Shown here one piece after another: positions 19,922 to 30,484 of a DNA stretch of 64,000 nucleotides. This DNA is from an uncultured delta proteobacterium (GTDB lineage: Bacteria; Desulfobacterota; Binatia; UBA9968), in contig CAVTUQ010000025.1 of assembly GCA_963737905.1 (NCBI GenBank), positions 298,653 to 362,652 on the forward strand, in the 5' to 3' direction. Both the position numbers and the translations under genes were made by a program. Each line of letters begins with the position of its first letter. Positions within the stretch are counted from its first letter, which is position 1. A model generated the notes under the pieces. That model did no database searches. It saw only the letters and a program-made list of their open reading frames with translations, and was not told the DNA's origin.

Positions 19922-21922
19922 TCAAAATGGATGATTATCGCCGGGCGGATTCAGAATTTGCGCGGCATCATCCAAAGCCTTGTGGCCGCCCAAGAGAATA
20001 AGCATGTCGCCGACTGCCAACTTAAAGTCGTTGCCAACGTTGTGGTAGGATTGACCCTCCCGAACCACTGCGATGACGGACACGCCGCTCCGGGAAGGCA
20101 GGTTGATCTCTTCCAAGCTCTTGCCCGCGGCCGGCGACCTTTCAACAATGGAAAAGATGTCGCTTGTGGTTCCCACGAGAAATTGACTCAACGCATCCAA
20201 TTGTTTGCCCTGAAGCTGGATGCCACGCAACGTGCCGTAATGTTCCTTGCGGATTAGATCCACCTGTAGCGAGATCACATTGCGCGGAACATGATATTCC
20301 TGCAACACGCGGGCAAAAATCTCCACGGACGTCTCAAACTCTTCGGGGATGACCTGGTTCGCCCCGAGGCGGTAGAGATGATCGATCTCCGCCACGTAAC
20401 GAGTCCGAACGATGATGTACAGGTCGGCCCTTAACCGGCGAGCCTGCGATACCAGCCGCGCGGTGGCGGCGGGATCAGAGATCGCGATGACCAAAACGCG
20501 GGCCTTTGCGATACTCACTTGCTGCAATATTTCCGGCCGGGTTCCATCACCGAAAGAGATCGGCTCTCCCGCCGCTTTCGCCGAACCTACCAAATCCGGA
20601 TCCATTTCGAGGACCCGATAGGGAACCCCGACTTCTTTGAGAACACGTGCCAAATTCTGCCCGTTTAGTCCATAACCAACCACAATCACGTGCCCCTCAG
20701 CTGCCCTTGTTTCGCTTGCTCCTCCCTTTGTTGGACGGTCGATCCCGACACTCTTAAAGAGTCCCTCAAAACCAAACGCCAAACCGTGCGCCCACTGGAT
20801 GAGAAACGGCGTCGCTATCATGCTCAAGATCGAGGCCGCCAAAAATATCTGTTCGTCCGCAGGGTTCAAAAGTTTATAGTTGATACCCGCCTTGGCCAGA
20901 ACAAATGAAAACTCACCGATTTGAGCCAGCCCTAAGCCCAGCACAACTCCCAATCGAATCGAGCGATAGAACCACCAAAAAACGGCAAAGAGCACCAAAC
21001 CTTTGATACCAATCATCAACAGAAGATCCAGAAGAGCCATGCCAAAGTCTTGGGACAAAAGAGCGAGGTTTAATAACATCCCGACAGAAATAAAGAAGAT
21101 GCCGCTGAAACAGTCGCGCAAGGGCAGAATGTCGGCGACGATCTGGTGACTCAGTTCGGATTCAGAGATGACCAGGCCTGCAACCAGCGCTCCCAGCGCC
21201 AGCGAAAGCCCGGATTCCGAAGTTAACCAGGCAGTTCCGAAACACACCAGAACCACGAAAAGGACAAAGATCTCCCGATTTCGAAGCAAGGCGACCTGAT
21301 GGAGGAGTCGCGGCAGTAATTTGCGCGCCGTCCAGACGATCACCACCAAGGAGATCAGAGACTTCGCCAGGGCCCAACCGATCAAAACGATCGAGTCCTG
21401 TCCGGAGCCAGCCAAAACCGGAAGCAGCAGCATCATCGGCACGACGCAGAGATCTTGAAAAAGAAGAATGCCGCTGGCCAGACGACCCTGCAGCGAATTG
21501 ATCTCGCCGCGATCATGGTAAATCCTGAGCACAATGGCCGTACTGCTTAACGAAAGCAGAAATCCGTAGAAGATACCGACTTCCGCCGACACGCCGAGGA
21601 AAAGAGCGACGGCTAGGACAACCAGAATCGTCAGCACCACCTGAAGAAGTCCGGCCCACACCACTCGTCGCTGCACCGAGAGGGTCGCCTCTAGAGAGAA
21701 TTCCAAGCCGATGGTAAAGAGCAGGAGAACCACACCGATTTCGGCCAATGTTTCCACTTGGCCGACGCTTTGGATCAACTGAAATCCATGGGGTCCGATG
21801 ATCACGCCGGCAAGAAGAAACCCAACGATGGTCGGCAGGCGTAATTTTTGAAAGACGAAGACGATCGCAATCGTCGCCGTCAATACGATGATGAGCTCGC
21901 GCAGAAAAGTTGGGTCAGACAT
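19922..21922 (-). CDS. CPA2 cation:proton antiporter with TrkA-N/TrkA-C domains (Kef-like)
   Basis: Hydrophobic N-terminal half with LSSTAIV and FQD; VGYGLNG RCK domain. Confidence 0.9.
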   Translation of the reverse strand: MSDPTFLRELIIVLTATIAIVFVFQKLRLPTIVGFLLAGVIIGPHGFQLIQSVGQVETLAEIGVVLLLFTIGLEFSLEATLSVQRRVVWAGLLQVVLTILVVLAVALFLGVSAEVGIFYGFLLSLSSTAIVLRIYHDRGEINSLQGRLASGILLFQDLCVVPMMLLLPVLAGSGQDSIVLIGWALAKSLISLVVIVWTARKLLPRLLHQVALLRNREIFVLFVVLVCFGTAWLTSESGLSLALGALVAGLVISESELSHQIVADILPLRDCFSGIFFISVGMLLNLALLSQDFGMALLDLLLMIGIKGLVLFAVFWWFYRSIRLGVVLGLGLAQIGEFSFVLAKAGINYKLLNPADEQIFLAASILSMIATPFLIQWAHGLAFGFEGLFKSVGIDRPTKGGASETRAAEGHVIVVGYGLNGQNLARVLKEVGVPYRVLEMDPDLVGSAKAAGEPISFGDGTRPEILQQVSIAKARVLVIAISDPAATARLVSQARRLRADLYIIVRTRYVAEIDHLYRLGANQVIPEEFETSVEIFARVLQEYHVPRNVISLQVDLIRKEHYGTLRGIQLQGKQLDALSQFLVGTTSDIFSIVERSPAAGKSLEEINLPSRSGVSVIAVVREGQSYHNVGNDFKLAVGDMLILLGGHKALDDAAQILNPPGDNHPF

Positions 21923-21992
21923 CGCGAAGAAGGATGGGTACGAGGTCTGTCTATTAACAGTAAAGCAGTCTTAACACCAAGTAATCGAGGCT

Positions 21993-22349
21993 TCAGGAAG
22001 CCTTATACTCGGCGGTTACCGTCGTGTGAATGCCACCGCGGATATTGAAATCACCGACGACCGTCATTGCCTTGGGGCGGCAGGCCTGCACGAGGTCGTC
22101 CAAAATTCTGTTGATGACCGCTTCGTGAAATGCTCCTTCGTCGCGATAGGACCAAAGGTAAAGCTTGAGCGACTTAAGCTCTACGCATAGTTCCCCCGGC
22201 ACATAACGAATGCGGATAGTGGCAAAATCAGGTTGTCCTGTACGCGGACAGAGGCAGGTAAATTCGGGGCACTCCATCGCGATCTCAAAGTCACGCTGCG
22301 GGCGCGGATTGGGAAAAGTCTCCAGTTGTTTGCTCGGTTTCGTGGCCAT
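21993..22349 (-). CDS. queF: PreQ0 (7-cyano-7-deazaguanine) reductase, type 1
   Basis: [32 protein letters not shown]. Confidence 0.96.
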   Translation of the reverse strand: MATKPSKQLETFPNPRPQRDFEIAMECPEFTCLCPRTGQPDFATIRIRYVPGELCVELKSLKLYLWSYRDEGAFHEAVINRILDDLVQACRPKAMTVVGDFNIRGGIHTTVTAEYKAS

Positions 22350-22472
22350 ATCGCAATTCATCTTAACGCAGCAAGAATATTATTCCAATTCTCCCCGCCG
22401 CCTTGACAAGCCAATAATGCGATGGTAAACGCGCGTTATCTATGTAAATATAAGTGTTCTAGGGGGTAGAAC

Positions 22473-23264
22473 TTGAGTAAACCGAGAGAGCCGAAAGCCG
22501 GCGAGAAATTGAGCGCAGAAGAAGCCAAAGCTTACGTGGACTATCTTTATTCTACGCTCTACAAAGCCTGGAATGAGAAGATCCACGGCGGTCCTTTCAT
22601 GACCCAACTCCGTGAGGGGGAATTGCCAATGCCGGTGATCCGGCAGTTTTTCAAGAACTGGGGACATTTTTCAATGGAGGTGAATGCGCTCAACGCGGTC
22701 TCGTACTACACGCATCTGCCGTTCTTCGTTCGTAACTTTGATCTTTTGGGTCCCTTCTGCGCCAAGATCGCTGACGAGTTGATCTCACCCAGAGCGCCGG
22801 GACATGTTTTGGTGCTTCTACAAACCGCCGAGGTGATGGGTTTGAGCCGCAAAGAAGTTTTGGAAGATCCCTATCTCCCGGCGGCTCGCGCCATCAATGA
22901 CTTTTGCCATAAGATTTTTATCGATGGCTCGCTCGTCGAGCTCTGGGGACTGCATGTGTTCGAAGAGTCGTTGTCCCATTGGTCCGGCGAGTGGTTTACC
23001 GCCCTCACGACTAAGTACGGTTTTACCAAGCAGCAGGCGATTTATTTTTCCACCCATGAAGAGGCCGATATGGATACGCACCAGTTAGGCGAAGGCGGTG
23101 AAGAGGCCATGGGACATGGCGCCTTCAACCGCACGGTGCTGACGCGCGCTCTCCAAGACGGGGTGGAGTTTCGCGCCGGCTATTCGATGGAGTACTGCGC
23201 GCTGACGATGGTCGATCTCCATGCCCAAATGAAACAAGCGGCGCTGGATCATCCCTATCCCTGA
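22473..23264 (+). CDS. Heme-oxygenase-like (TenA/PqqC/CADD) diiron redox enzyme
   Basis: Helical protein with E..H, E and YFSTHEEAD..H ligand pattern. Confidence 0.65.
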   Translation: MSKPREPKAGEKLSAEEAKAYVDYLYSTLYKAWNEKIHGGPFMTQLREGELPMPVIRQFFKNWGHFSMEVNALNAVSYYTHLPFFVRNFDLLGPFCAKIADELISPRAPGHVLVLLQTAEVMGLSRKEVLEDPYLPAARAINDFCHKIFIDGSLVELWGLHVFEESLSHWSGEWFTALTTKYGFTKQQAIYFSTHEEADMDTHQLGEGGEEAMGHGAFNRTVLTRALQDGVEFRAGYSMEYCALTMVDLHAQMKQAALDHPYP

Positions 23265-23524
23265 TTTCTGGATGCGCCTGCGAGCCGCTGAGGCCCGGCG
23301 TAGACGTTGCAGCCCTCGCCGTGCAGAATCCAATTAGGGTTATCTGAACTTGCGCGCTGCCGAACCATATCCGAGCCTTCCCGTTTACTTATTACGACGG
23401 CTTGCAGGCTGCTCTCAGCTGGGGCACCATCATTCCTATCGAACCTCAATTGGCCACGGTTCAATACCACGCGTCGCTATAAGAACAGGCAGAGTTAAAA
23501 CGTCACCCATGTCTGGAAGACGAG

Positions 23525-25249
23525 ATGACTGATAGTGAATTTGATCCTCTGCGCGCGATCCTCGCAGAGTTGGCGCCGCAAGGACGCCCTGCACTCCTGC
23601 CGGCGTTACACGCCGCACAGAAGATCTACGGCTGGCTCGCCGAACCGGTTTTGGCTGAAGTGGGTCGCGCATTACACGTGCCCCTCGCCGACTTGTATGG
23701 TGTCATCGACTTCTACGCGATGTTCCAACGACAACCGGCCGGCCGGACCATGGTGCGCGTATGCAGCGCGCCGGTGTGCGCCCTTGCCGGGGCCGAGGTC
23801 GTGGCGCAAGCCCTGTGCCGTCACTTGCAAATCGAGCCGGGCGCAGTCAGCTCGGATGGCGCATTCACCGTCGAGCATAGCCCCTGCCTGGGCTTGTGCG
23901 ACCGCGCGCCGGCGCTGCTCGTGAACGAAGCCGCTGTTGGACATGCCGATCCCGCAGATGCGGCCGCGATCTGCGCGATGAGCAGGCCGCAGACGGTGAG
24001 CTTCGTCGGCGGCGATATCCGCATCCTCACGAGCAATTGCGGACCAGGGAATCCTACGTCCCTTGCCAACTACCAAGCGCGCGGCGGTTATGCGGGGCTG
24101 AAGAAAGCTTTGACGATGACGCCGCGAGCTGTGCTCGCCGAAGTGAAAGCAGCGGGGCTGGTCGGCCGCGGTGGCGCGGCATTTCCCACCGGCGTCAAGT
24201 GGGAGGCAGCCGTCAATGCGCCAGGCCAACCCAAGTATATCGTCTGCAATGCCGACGAATCCGAGCCCGGCACGTTCAAGGACCGCATTCTCATGGAAGA
24301 AGACCCGCAACGCATCATTGAAGGAATGATCATCGCGGCCTATACCGTGGGCGCGAGTCAAGGTTACATTTACGTGCGCGGCGAGTATCCGTACGCCTTC
24401 AAGGTTATGAGCGAAGCCTTGGCCGAAGCCCGCCAAGCCGGTATCATCGGTAAAAATATTTTCGGCGCCGGCTTGGACTTCGATATTGAAATGCGGATGG
24501 GAGCCGGCGCTTACATTTGCGGTGAGGAAACCGCGCTGTTGGAGTCCATCGAAGGCAAGCGAGGTCTGCCGCGCATCAAGCCGCCGTTCCCCACCACCCA
24601 CGGCTTATTCGGCAAGCCCACGGTGATCAACAACGTGGAGACATTCTGCAACGTCCCGCTGATCGTCGAACGGGGCGCCGCCGAGTATCGAAAAATCGGT
24701 ACGGAACGCTCGCCCGGCCCGAAACTCTTCTGCGTGTCGGGCCACGTGCAGAGGCCTGGACTTTACGAGGTGCCGTTTGGAATCACCTTGCGCCATTTGT
24801 TGTTCAATCTCGCCGGCGGGTTGAAGCAGGGACGCAGGCTTCAAGCGGTGCTCATGGGCGGGGCCGCGGGCGCATTTGCTATTGAGAAAAATCTCGACGT
24901 GATTTTGTCGTTCGAGAGCCTGAGCGCGGCCGGCTTGCCCCTTGGCTCCGCCGCAGTCATGGTCTTCGACGATAGCGCGGACATGCGCGATGTGCTGAAG
25001 CGGCTGGCGCACTTCTTTGCCGACGAGAGCTGCGGCAAATGTTACCCTTGCCAGCTCGGCGCGCAGCGGCAGTATGAAATCCTGGAGCGGGGCGCGGCCG
25101 GGCATCCTCTCGCCGGCGACCGCGAACGCTTATCGGACGTGGGCCAGACTATGACCGACGCATCCCTCTGCGGCCTGGGCCAGACGGCGGCCACCGCGGT
25201 ATTGAGCGCGATGAAGTTATGGCCGGAAATGTTTAGTGTGAACAAATAA
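23525..25249 (+). CDS. NuoE-NuoF fusion diaphorase subunit of NAD-linked formate dehydrogenase
   Basis: 2Fe-2S CxxxxC...CLGLC; GRGGAAFPTG, NADESEPGTFKDR, YICGEET, ESCGKCYPC. Confidence 0.92.
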   Translation: MTDSEFDPLRAILAELAPQGRPALLPALHAAQKIYGWLAEPVLAEVGRALHVPLADLYGVIDFYAMFQRQPAGRTMVRVCSAPVCALAGAEVVAQALCRHLQIEPGAVSSDGAFTVEHSPCLGLCDRAPALLVNEAAVGHADPADAAAICAMSRPQTVSFVGGDIRILTSNCGPGNPTSLANYQARGGYAGLKKALTMTPRAVLAEVKAAGLVGRGGAAFPTGVKWEAAVNAPGQPKYIVCNADESEPGTFKDRILMEEDPQRIIEGMIIAAYTVGASQGYIYVRGEYPYAFKVMSEALAEARQAGIIGKNIFGAGLDFDIEMRMGAGAYICGEETALLESIEGKRGLPRIKPPFPTTHGLFGKPTVINNVETFCNVPLIVERGAAEYRKIGTERSPGPKLFCVSGHVQRPGLYEVPFGITLRHLLFNLAGGLKQGRRLQAVLMGGAAGAFAIEKNLDVILSFESLSAAGLPLGSAAVMVFDDSADMRDVLKRLAHFFADESCGKCYPCQLGAQRQYEILERGAAGHPLAGDRERLSDVGQTMTDASLCGLGQTAATAVLSAMKLWPEMFSVNK

Positions 25250-25374
25250 GACTCACCGCGAAGAGCACGAAGGTTTTGGACAATCCAAACTCCGAACTTC
25301 GTGATCTTCGTGTCCTTCGTGGTGCACTATTCCCTGTGCCTGACTCAGGCAAGGCTTAACCCGAGGGATGACTC

Positions 25375-26074
25375 ATGGCTGATATCACACTCACCATTGA
25401 CAGCGCTTCCGTCACCGTGCCTGCGGGAACGACGATTCTTAAAGCCGCAGAGAAGCTCGGCCGGCGGGTTCCGACCATCTGCTATCACGAGCACTGTACG
25501 GCGAACGGTCTTTGCCGCATCTGCGTCGTTGAAGTCGACGGGGTCAAGCCGCTGCTGCCGGCGTGCCTAAGCCGGGTAAGCGAAGCCATGAAAGTCTCAA
25601 CGTCGAGCCCGCGCGCCGAGCGCAGCCGTCGTACTATTCTCGAATTGCTTGACTCCGCCGTGGATCTGTCTCAAGCGCCAGAGATTCAAAAGTTCATCGA
25701 GGATTATCGCGCCGACCGCTCGCGCTTTCCGGAAGCCAAAAGGCGTGAGGTATGCGGTGCTCGATGACAACGCGATGTATATCCGAGACTATTCCAAGTG
25801 CATTTTGTGCTGGCGCTGCGTTCAGGTGTGCGCCGACGACGCGCAGTTCACCTACGCGATCAACTTCAAGGGACGCGGCTTCGACACCGCCATCGGCACC
25901 TTCTTTGACAAGCCCATGCCGGAAACGAGCTGCGTATTTTGCGGCCAGTGCGTGGGTGTTTGCCCCACCGGCGCGCTCAAGCCCAAGCGCGAGGCGCTGC
26001 TCGAACAGGGATTTGACTTAAATGAAATCATGCAAGCAACCAGGGGCGAAAAGCGCCGGAGAAAATCGCCATGA
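25375..26074 (+). CDS. 2Fe-2S/4Fe-4S ferredoxin subunit, apparent frameshift near 25745
   Basis: ORF 25375-25767 (CRICVVE) continues in another frame as [12 protein letters not shown]...[12 protein letters not shown]. Confidence 0.85.
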
Positions 26075-28233
26075 TCACCGCCGATCGCGTCGTTCCGACC
26101 ACCTGCCCGTACTGTGGCGTCGGATGCAATCTCGAGCTACACATCAAGGACGACTACATTTATAAGGTGACGTCGCCGTTTGACGCGGTGGTCAACCACG
26201 GAAACCTGTGCGTCAAAGGTCGTTTCGGCTATGACTTCATTTACAACAAAGACCGGGTGACCACTCCTCTCGTCCGCAAAACCAAGCAGGCGCCCGGCGC
26301 GCGCACACAGGCCTTCGATCGCGATCAGTGGCGGGAGGTCTCGTGGGACGAGGCGCTCGATTACACTGCCAATCGGTTGGTCGAGATTTACAAGCGCGAC
26401 GGCAGCGACGCCATAGCGGTATACTGCTGCGCCAAGGCGACCAACGAGGACAACTATCTCCTGCAGAAGCTTTTCCGCGCGCTGTTCCGCACGAATAACG
26501 TCGATCATTGCACCCGCCTGTGCCACGCCGGCTCGGTGGTTGCGCTACAGATGGCGCTCGGCTCCTCGGCGATGAGCAACACCGCCGCCGAGGTCATTCA
26601 CAGCGACGTTTTTCTGGTGACCGGTTCCAACACCGCGGAGACTCATCCGATCATCGCGCTGCAAATGAAAGCCGCGGTCGCCAGCCATGGCGCCAAGCTG
26701 ATCGTCGTGGATCCGCGGCGCGTGGAAATGGTCAACTGGGCCACGCTCTGGCTGCCCGAGAAACCCGGCACCGACGTGCCGCTCTTTTCCGCCATGGCGC
26801 ATGTCATCATCAAGGAACGGCTCTACAACCAAGATTTCATCGATCGGCGCACCGAGGGCTTCGATGACTTCTCCAGGTCCATGGAAAAATTTACGCCGGA
26901 ATATGCGGAGGCGATTTCCGGCGTCGACCGCAGCCTGATCGTTCAGGCGGCCCGAATGTATGCGACGGCGAAGAATGCGGCGATTTATTGGGCGCTGGGC
27001 ATTCCCGAGCATTCGCACGGCACCGACAACGCGATGTCGCTCATCCATCTGGCGCTGCTCACCGGCCACATCGGCCGCAAAGGAACGGGGCTCAATCCGC
27101 TGCGCGGGCAAAACAACGTGCAAGGCGCGTCGGATGCCGGCGCCATGCCATGGCATTATCCCGGTTATCAGCGTGTCGATGACGAAGCGGCCGCGCGCAA
27201 ATTCGAGCAGGCGTGGAATATCGAGCCGGGTGGGCTCAACCGCAGACTCGGGCTGACGACAACGGAGATCATGAGCGCGGTTGGCCCCGGCGGGGTGCGC
27301 GCGCTTTACATCATGGGCGAGAATCCCATGATGTCCGAGCCTAACTTGAACCACACACGCCACCTGATCGAACAGTTGGAGTTCCTGGCGGTGCAGGACC
27401 TGTTCATCAACGAATCCGGCGCCTATGCCGACATGTTTTTACCCGCCGCTTCCTGGGCGGAGAAAGAAGGCACGTTCACCAACACCGACCGCCGCGTTCA
27501 GCGCGTGCGTAAAGCCCTGGAACCGCGCGGCCAGACGAGACCCGATTGGGAGATCGTCTGTGACCTTGCCTGTCGCATCGAAAATAGGCTTGGCCGTCCG
27601 CAGACCGCTTTTTGGGCGTACCGGACGCCCGCCGAAGTGCTTGAAGAGATGGGGCGGGTTGTTCCCGAATATGCCGGAGTACAGTATCAGCGCCTCGAAA
27701 GGGAGGGCCTCCAAACGCCGGTGTGGGATGACAGCCATCCCGGCACTCCCTATCTATTCGCCGAAAGTTTCCCGCGCGGCAAAGGCAAATTTCACACGTT
27801 GGAATACGTACCATCTGTGGAGAGGCCCGATGAGGAATATCCGTTCATCCTCACCACCGGACGCCTGCTCGAACACTGGCACGGCGGCACGCTGACGCGC
27901 CATTCAAAACTCGACGACCTCTATCCAGAGGCGCGCATCGAAATCAATCCTGCGGATGGCGCCCGCCTGGAGATCGAAAACGGCCAAGCCGTGCGCGTCT
28001 CATCGCGCCGCGGCACCATCGTCCTGCGCACCTGGCTAACCCAGCGAACCACCGTAGGGGTGGTCTTTATTCCCATGCATTTTGCCGAAGCCGCCGCGAA
28101 CCTCCTCACCATCGACGCCTTAGACCCGTTGGCCAAGATCCCCGAGTACAAAGCCTGCGCCGTGCGCATCGTCCCCGCGGCTGAAACAGAGCTGGCGCAG
28201 CCCGAGACAAAGGTGGAACGGGGCCGGTACTGA
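26071..28233 (+). CDS. fdhF: Formate dehydrogenase alpha subunit (Mo/W-bisPGD, Cys-ligated)
   Basis: [30 protein letters not shown]. Confidence 0.92.
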   Translation: MITADRVVPTTCPYCGVGCNLELHIKDDYIYKVTSPFDAVVNHGNLCVKGRFGYDFIYNKDRVTTPLVRKTKQAPGARTQAFDRDQWREVSWDEALDYTANRLVEIYKRDGSDAIAVYCCAKATNEDNYLLQKLFRALFRTNNVDHCTRLCHAGSVVALQMALGSSAMSNTAAEVIHSDVFLVTGSNTAETHPIIALQMKAAVASHGAKLIVVDPRRVEMVNWATLWLPEKPGTDVPLFSAMAHVIIKERLYNQDFIDRRTEGFDDFSRSMEKFTPEYAEAISGVDRSLIVQAARMYATAKNAAIYWALGIPEHSHGTDNAMSLIHLALLTGHIGRKGTGLNPLRGQNNVQGASDAGAMPWHYPGYQRVDDEAAARKFEQAWNIEPGGLNRRLGLTTTEIMSAVGPGGVRALYIMGENPMMSEPNLNHTRHLIEQLEFLAVQDLFINESGAYADMFLPAASWAEKEGTFTNTDRRVQRVRKALEPRGQTRPDWEIVCDLACRIENRLGRPQTAFWAYRTPAEVLEEMGRVVPEYAGVQYQRLEREGLQTPVWDDSHPGTPYLFAESFPRGKGKFHTLEYVPSVERPDEEYPFILTTGRLLEHWHGGTLTRHSKLDDLYPEARIEINPADGARLEIENGQAVRVSSRRGTIVLRTWLTQRTTVGVVFIPMHFAEAAANLLTIDALDPLAKIPEYKACAVRIVPAAETELAQPETKVERGRY

Positions 28234-28305
28234 TAGGGGCGATACATGAATCGCCGCGTAGGTTCGTAAATTGATCGGCTATCCACCATATGTTATAAAA
28301 TCATC

Positions 28306-28584
28306 ATGAGTTCTCCCCTGGAAAGCAGCGAAGCGGCCATTCTTGATCGGGTGTTTCGACCCAATGCAGCGGATTGGCCGCATGCTGTCGCGGAAGCCAT
28401 TTTGAAAATCCAGTTTGACCCAAGCGACCGTGAAAAGATGACTGAGCTGCTAGACAAGGCGAAAGCAGGTGAGCTCACCCAAGAGCAAGCCGAAACGATC
28501 GAACATTACAGGCATATCGGCCGTTTGCTGGAGCTGATGAAATCCAGAGCCAGGCGATCCTTGCGAAGCGCATCCACCGGCTAA
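28306..28584 (+). CDS. Small hypothetical protein paired with the HNH gene
   Basis: 92 aa, helical; 2 nt before the HNH start. Confidence 0.7.
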   Translation: MSSPLESSEAAILDRVFRPNAADWPHAVAEAILKIQFDPSDREKMTELLDKAKAGELTQEQAETIEHYRHIGRLLELMKSRARRSLRSASTG

Positions 28585-28586
28585 TC

Positions 28587-28997
28587 ATGCCCCGTCCAGA
28601 CCGCGCGCTGGAGCTCGAAGTCGTCCGCCGTGCGCAAGGACGCTGTGAATATTGTCACTTTCCGGAAACCGCAGCAGAACTTCCGTTCCACGTCGATCAC
28701 ATCATCGCTGAAAAACATGGCGGTCAGACAGTCTCTTCCAATCTCGCATGGGCATGTTTCTCTTGTAATTTGCACAAAGGGCCGAATATCGCCGGCCTCG
28801 ATCCTGAGACTGGCGAGCTGACGCGATTATTCCACCCGCGAACCGATCTCTGGACTGACCACTTTGAATGGGCCGGTGTTTTCATTCGGGGAAAGACCGC
28901 GGTGGGACGGACAACAGTAGTAGTCCTTGCCGTAAACGATTCTGATTCCGTAGCCGTGCGCGAGGCTTTACGTGACGAGGATGTTTTCGACTTTTAG
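28587..28997 (+). CDS. HNH endonuclease
   Basis: RAQGRCEYC...HVDHII..HGG...NLAWACFSCN.HKG. Confidence 0.9.
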   Translation: MPRPDRALELEVVRRAQGRCEYCHFPETAAELPFHVDHIIAEKHGGQTVSSNLAWACFSCNLHKGPNIAGLDPETGELTRLFHPRTDLWTDHFEWAGVFIRGKTAVGRTTVVVLAVNDSDSVAVREALRDEDVFDF

Positions 28998-29211
28998 AAC
29001 CATAAAGGATGCACAATGGCCAAGAGGACAGATCGCATTGGCAAGGCTCTAGCGGCACCAAGACAGATTTACGTAGGAACCCGCCCTTCAGGCCCGCTGG
29101 AATTGCTTCAACTGGGAAAAGAAATTGGCGCAAGGCTGAGATCTAGGGGGGCGGCCCAGTGATCCAAAGTGGAATGTGCGCAGGGTGATTAACGTTAGAA
29201 CCACATCTGAC

Positions 29212-29300
29212 CTTGAACCTGGAACTTTGAACGAAGCATTCGTCATCTGACGTTGAACCTTGAACTCAGGGCAAGCACTAGAACTTTGAACGAAGCATTT
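29212..29300. repeat. Heptamer (TTGAACY-type) short tandem repeats
   Basis: TTGAACC TGGAACT TTGAACG ... TTGAACC TTGAACT ... TAGAACT TTGAACG. Confidence 0.75.
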
Positions 29301-29302
29301 TG

Positions 29303-30374
29303 CTAGCGCAACTGGGACATATGCACGAAGGCGCTCATCTCGTGCGGAAAGAGTCACCGCCGGCGCTTTGCAGACATGATGCGGTTTGATCTGATCGACG
29401 CGAGTTACTCCAAGCAGCGCCATATCGATGGTAATCTCCTCCTCGAGCAACTCGAGGACGCGCATCAAGCCGGCCTGACCTCCCGCGCCCAAGCCCCAGC
29501 CCTGGAGTTTCCCGATGGTCACAGCCTTACACCCAAGCGCCAGCGCCTTTAAAACGTCGGTACCGCGGGTCACGCCGCCGTCCAGCACGATGTCCACCTT
29601 GCCGCCCGCCGCTTCGGCAATTTCCGGAAGCGTGTCGATGGTGCCTCTGCCGTGATCCAACTGCCTTCCCCCGTGATTCGAGACGTAGATTACGTCGACT
29701 CCGTGCTCTACTGCCAATTTGGCATCTTCCGCAGTCGCCACTCCCTTTAGAATGAAAGGCAGGCCGGCGATTTTTTTGATCGCCTCCATCGTTTGCCAGG
29801 TCAGCATCGCTTGAAAGTGTCGGCCCGTCTCGGATCGTCTGCTGGGCGGCTGCCAACGGTTGAGCAGTGGCCGCTCGCGGCGGCTGTAATGGGCCGTATC
29901 GACGGTCAGGCAGAGGGCATGATATCCGGCTTTCTTCACGCGCCCGAGGATCTCTTCACACCAATCCAAACCGCCACGGATGTAGAGCTGAAAAATCTTT
30001 GGATGGTTCGTGCTCGCGGCGATCTCTTCCAGGCTCGGCTGGGTAACGGAACTGACGAAGTTCATCGTGCCGAACTCAGCCGCAGCCTTCGCCACCGCGA
30101 CTCCGCCCTCGGGTGTGATCGTCTGCAATGAACCGATGGGGGCCATCATAACGGGAATGCGCAGCTTCTGCCCCAAGAACGTCGTCGAAGTGTCGATCTT
30201 TGAAACATCTACCAGCACCCGCGGGCGCAATCCCAGGCTGTCAAAACCGAAACGGTTGCGGCGCATGGTGGTTTCAGACTCCGCACCACCGGTTAGATAA
30301 TCCCACACGTCCTGTGGCAGATTGCGCCGCGCCGCTTGGATGATCTCTTGGTTACTGACGTAATCGAGGCTCAT
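29303..30374 (-). CDS. FMN-dependent alpha-hydroxy acid oxidase/dehydrogenase, +1 indel near 29348
   Basis: VSNHGGRQLD, DGGVTRGTDVLKALALG; removing one T restores ...LPHEMSAFVHMSQLR*. Confidence 0.9.
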
Positions 30375-30484
30375 TGTAAGAACTCCTTTCGTCCCTGTTG
30401 ACACAGAAATCCGACAACTCAGTCCCCTTTAACTCTGCTGTTTCTTATGTGTGCTGCCTTCGTTCCGTCGTTGCATGGTTCCAT

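Noticed and set aside
26071-28233. Selenocysteine in formate dehydrogenase
   Set aside because: The ligand position is Cys (RLCH); there is no in-frame TGA.
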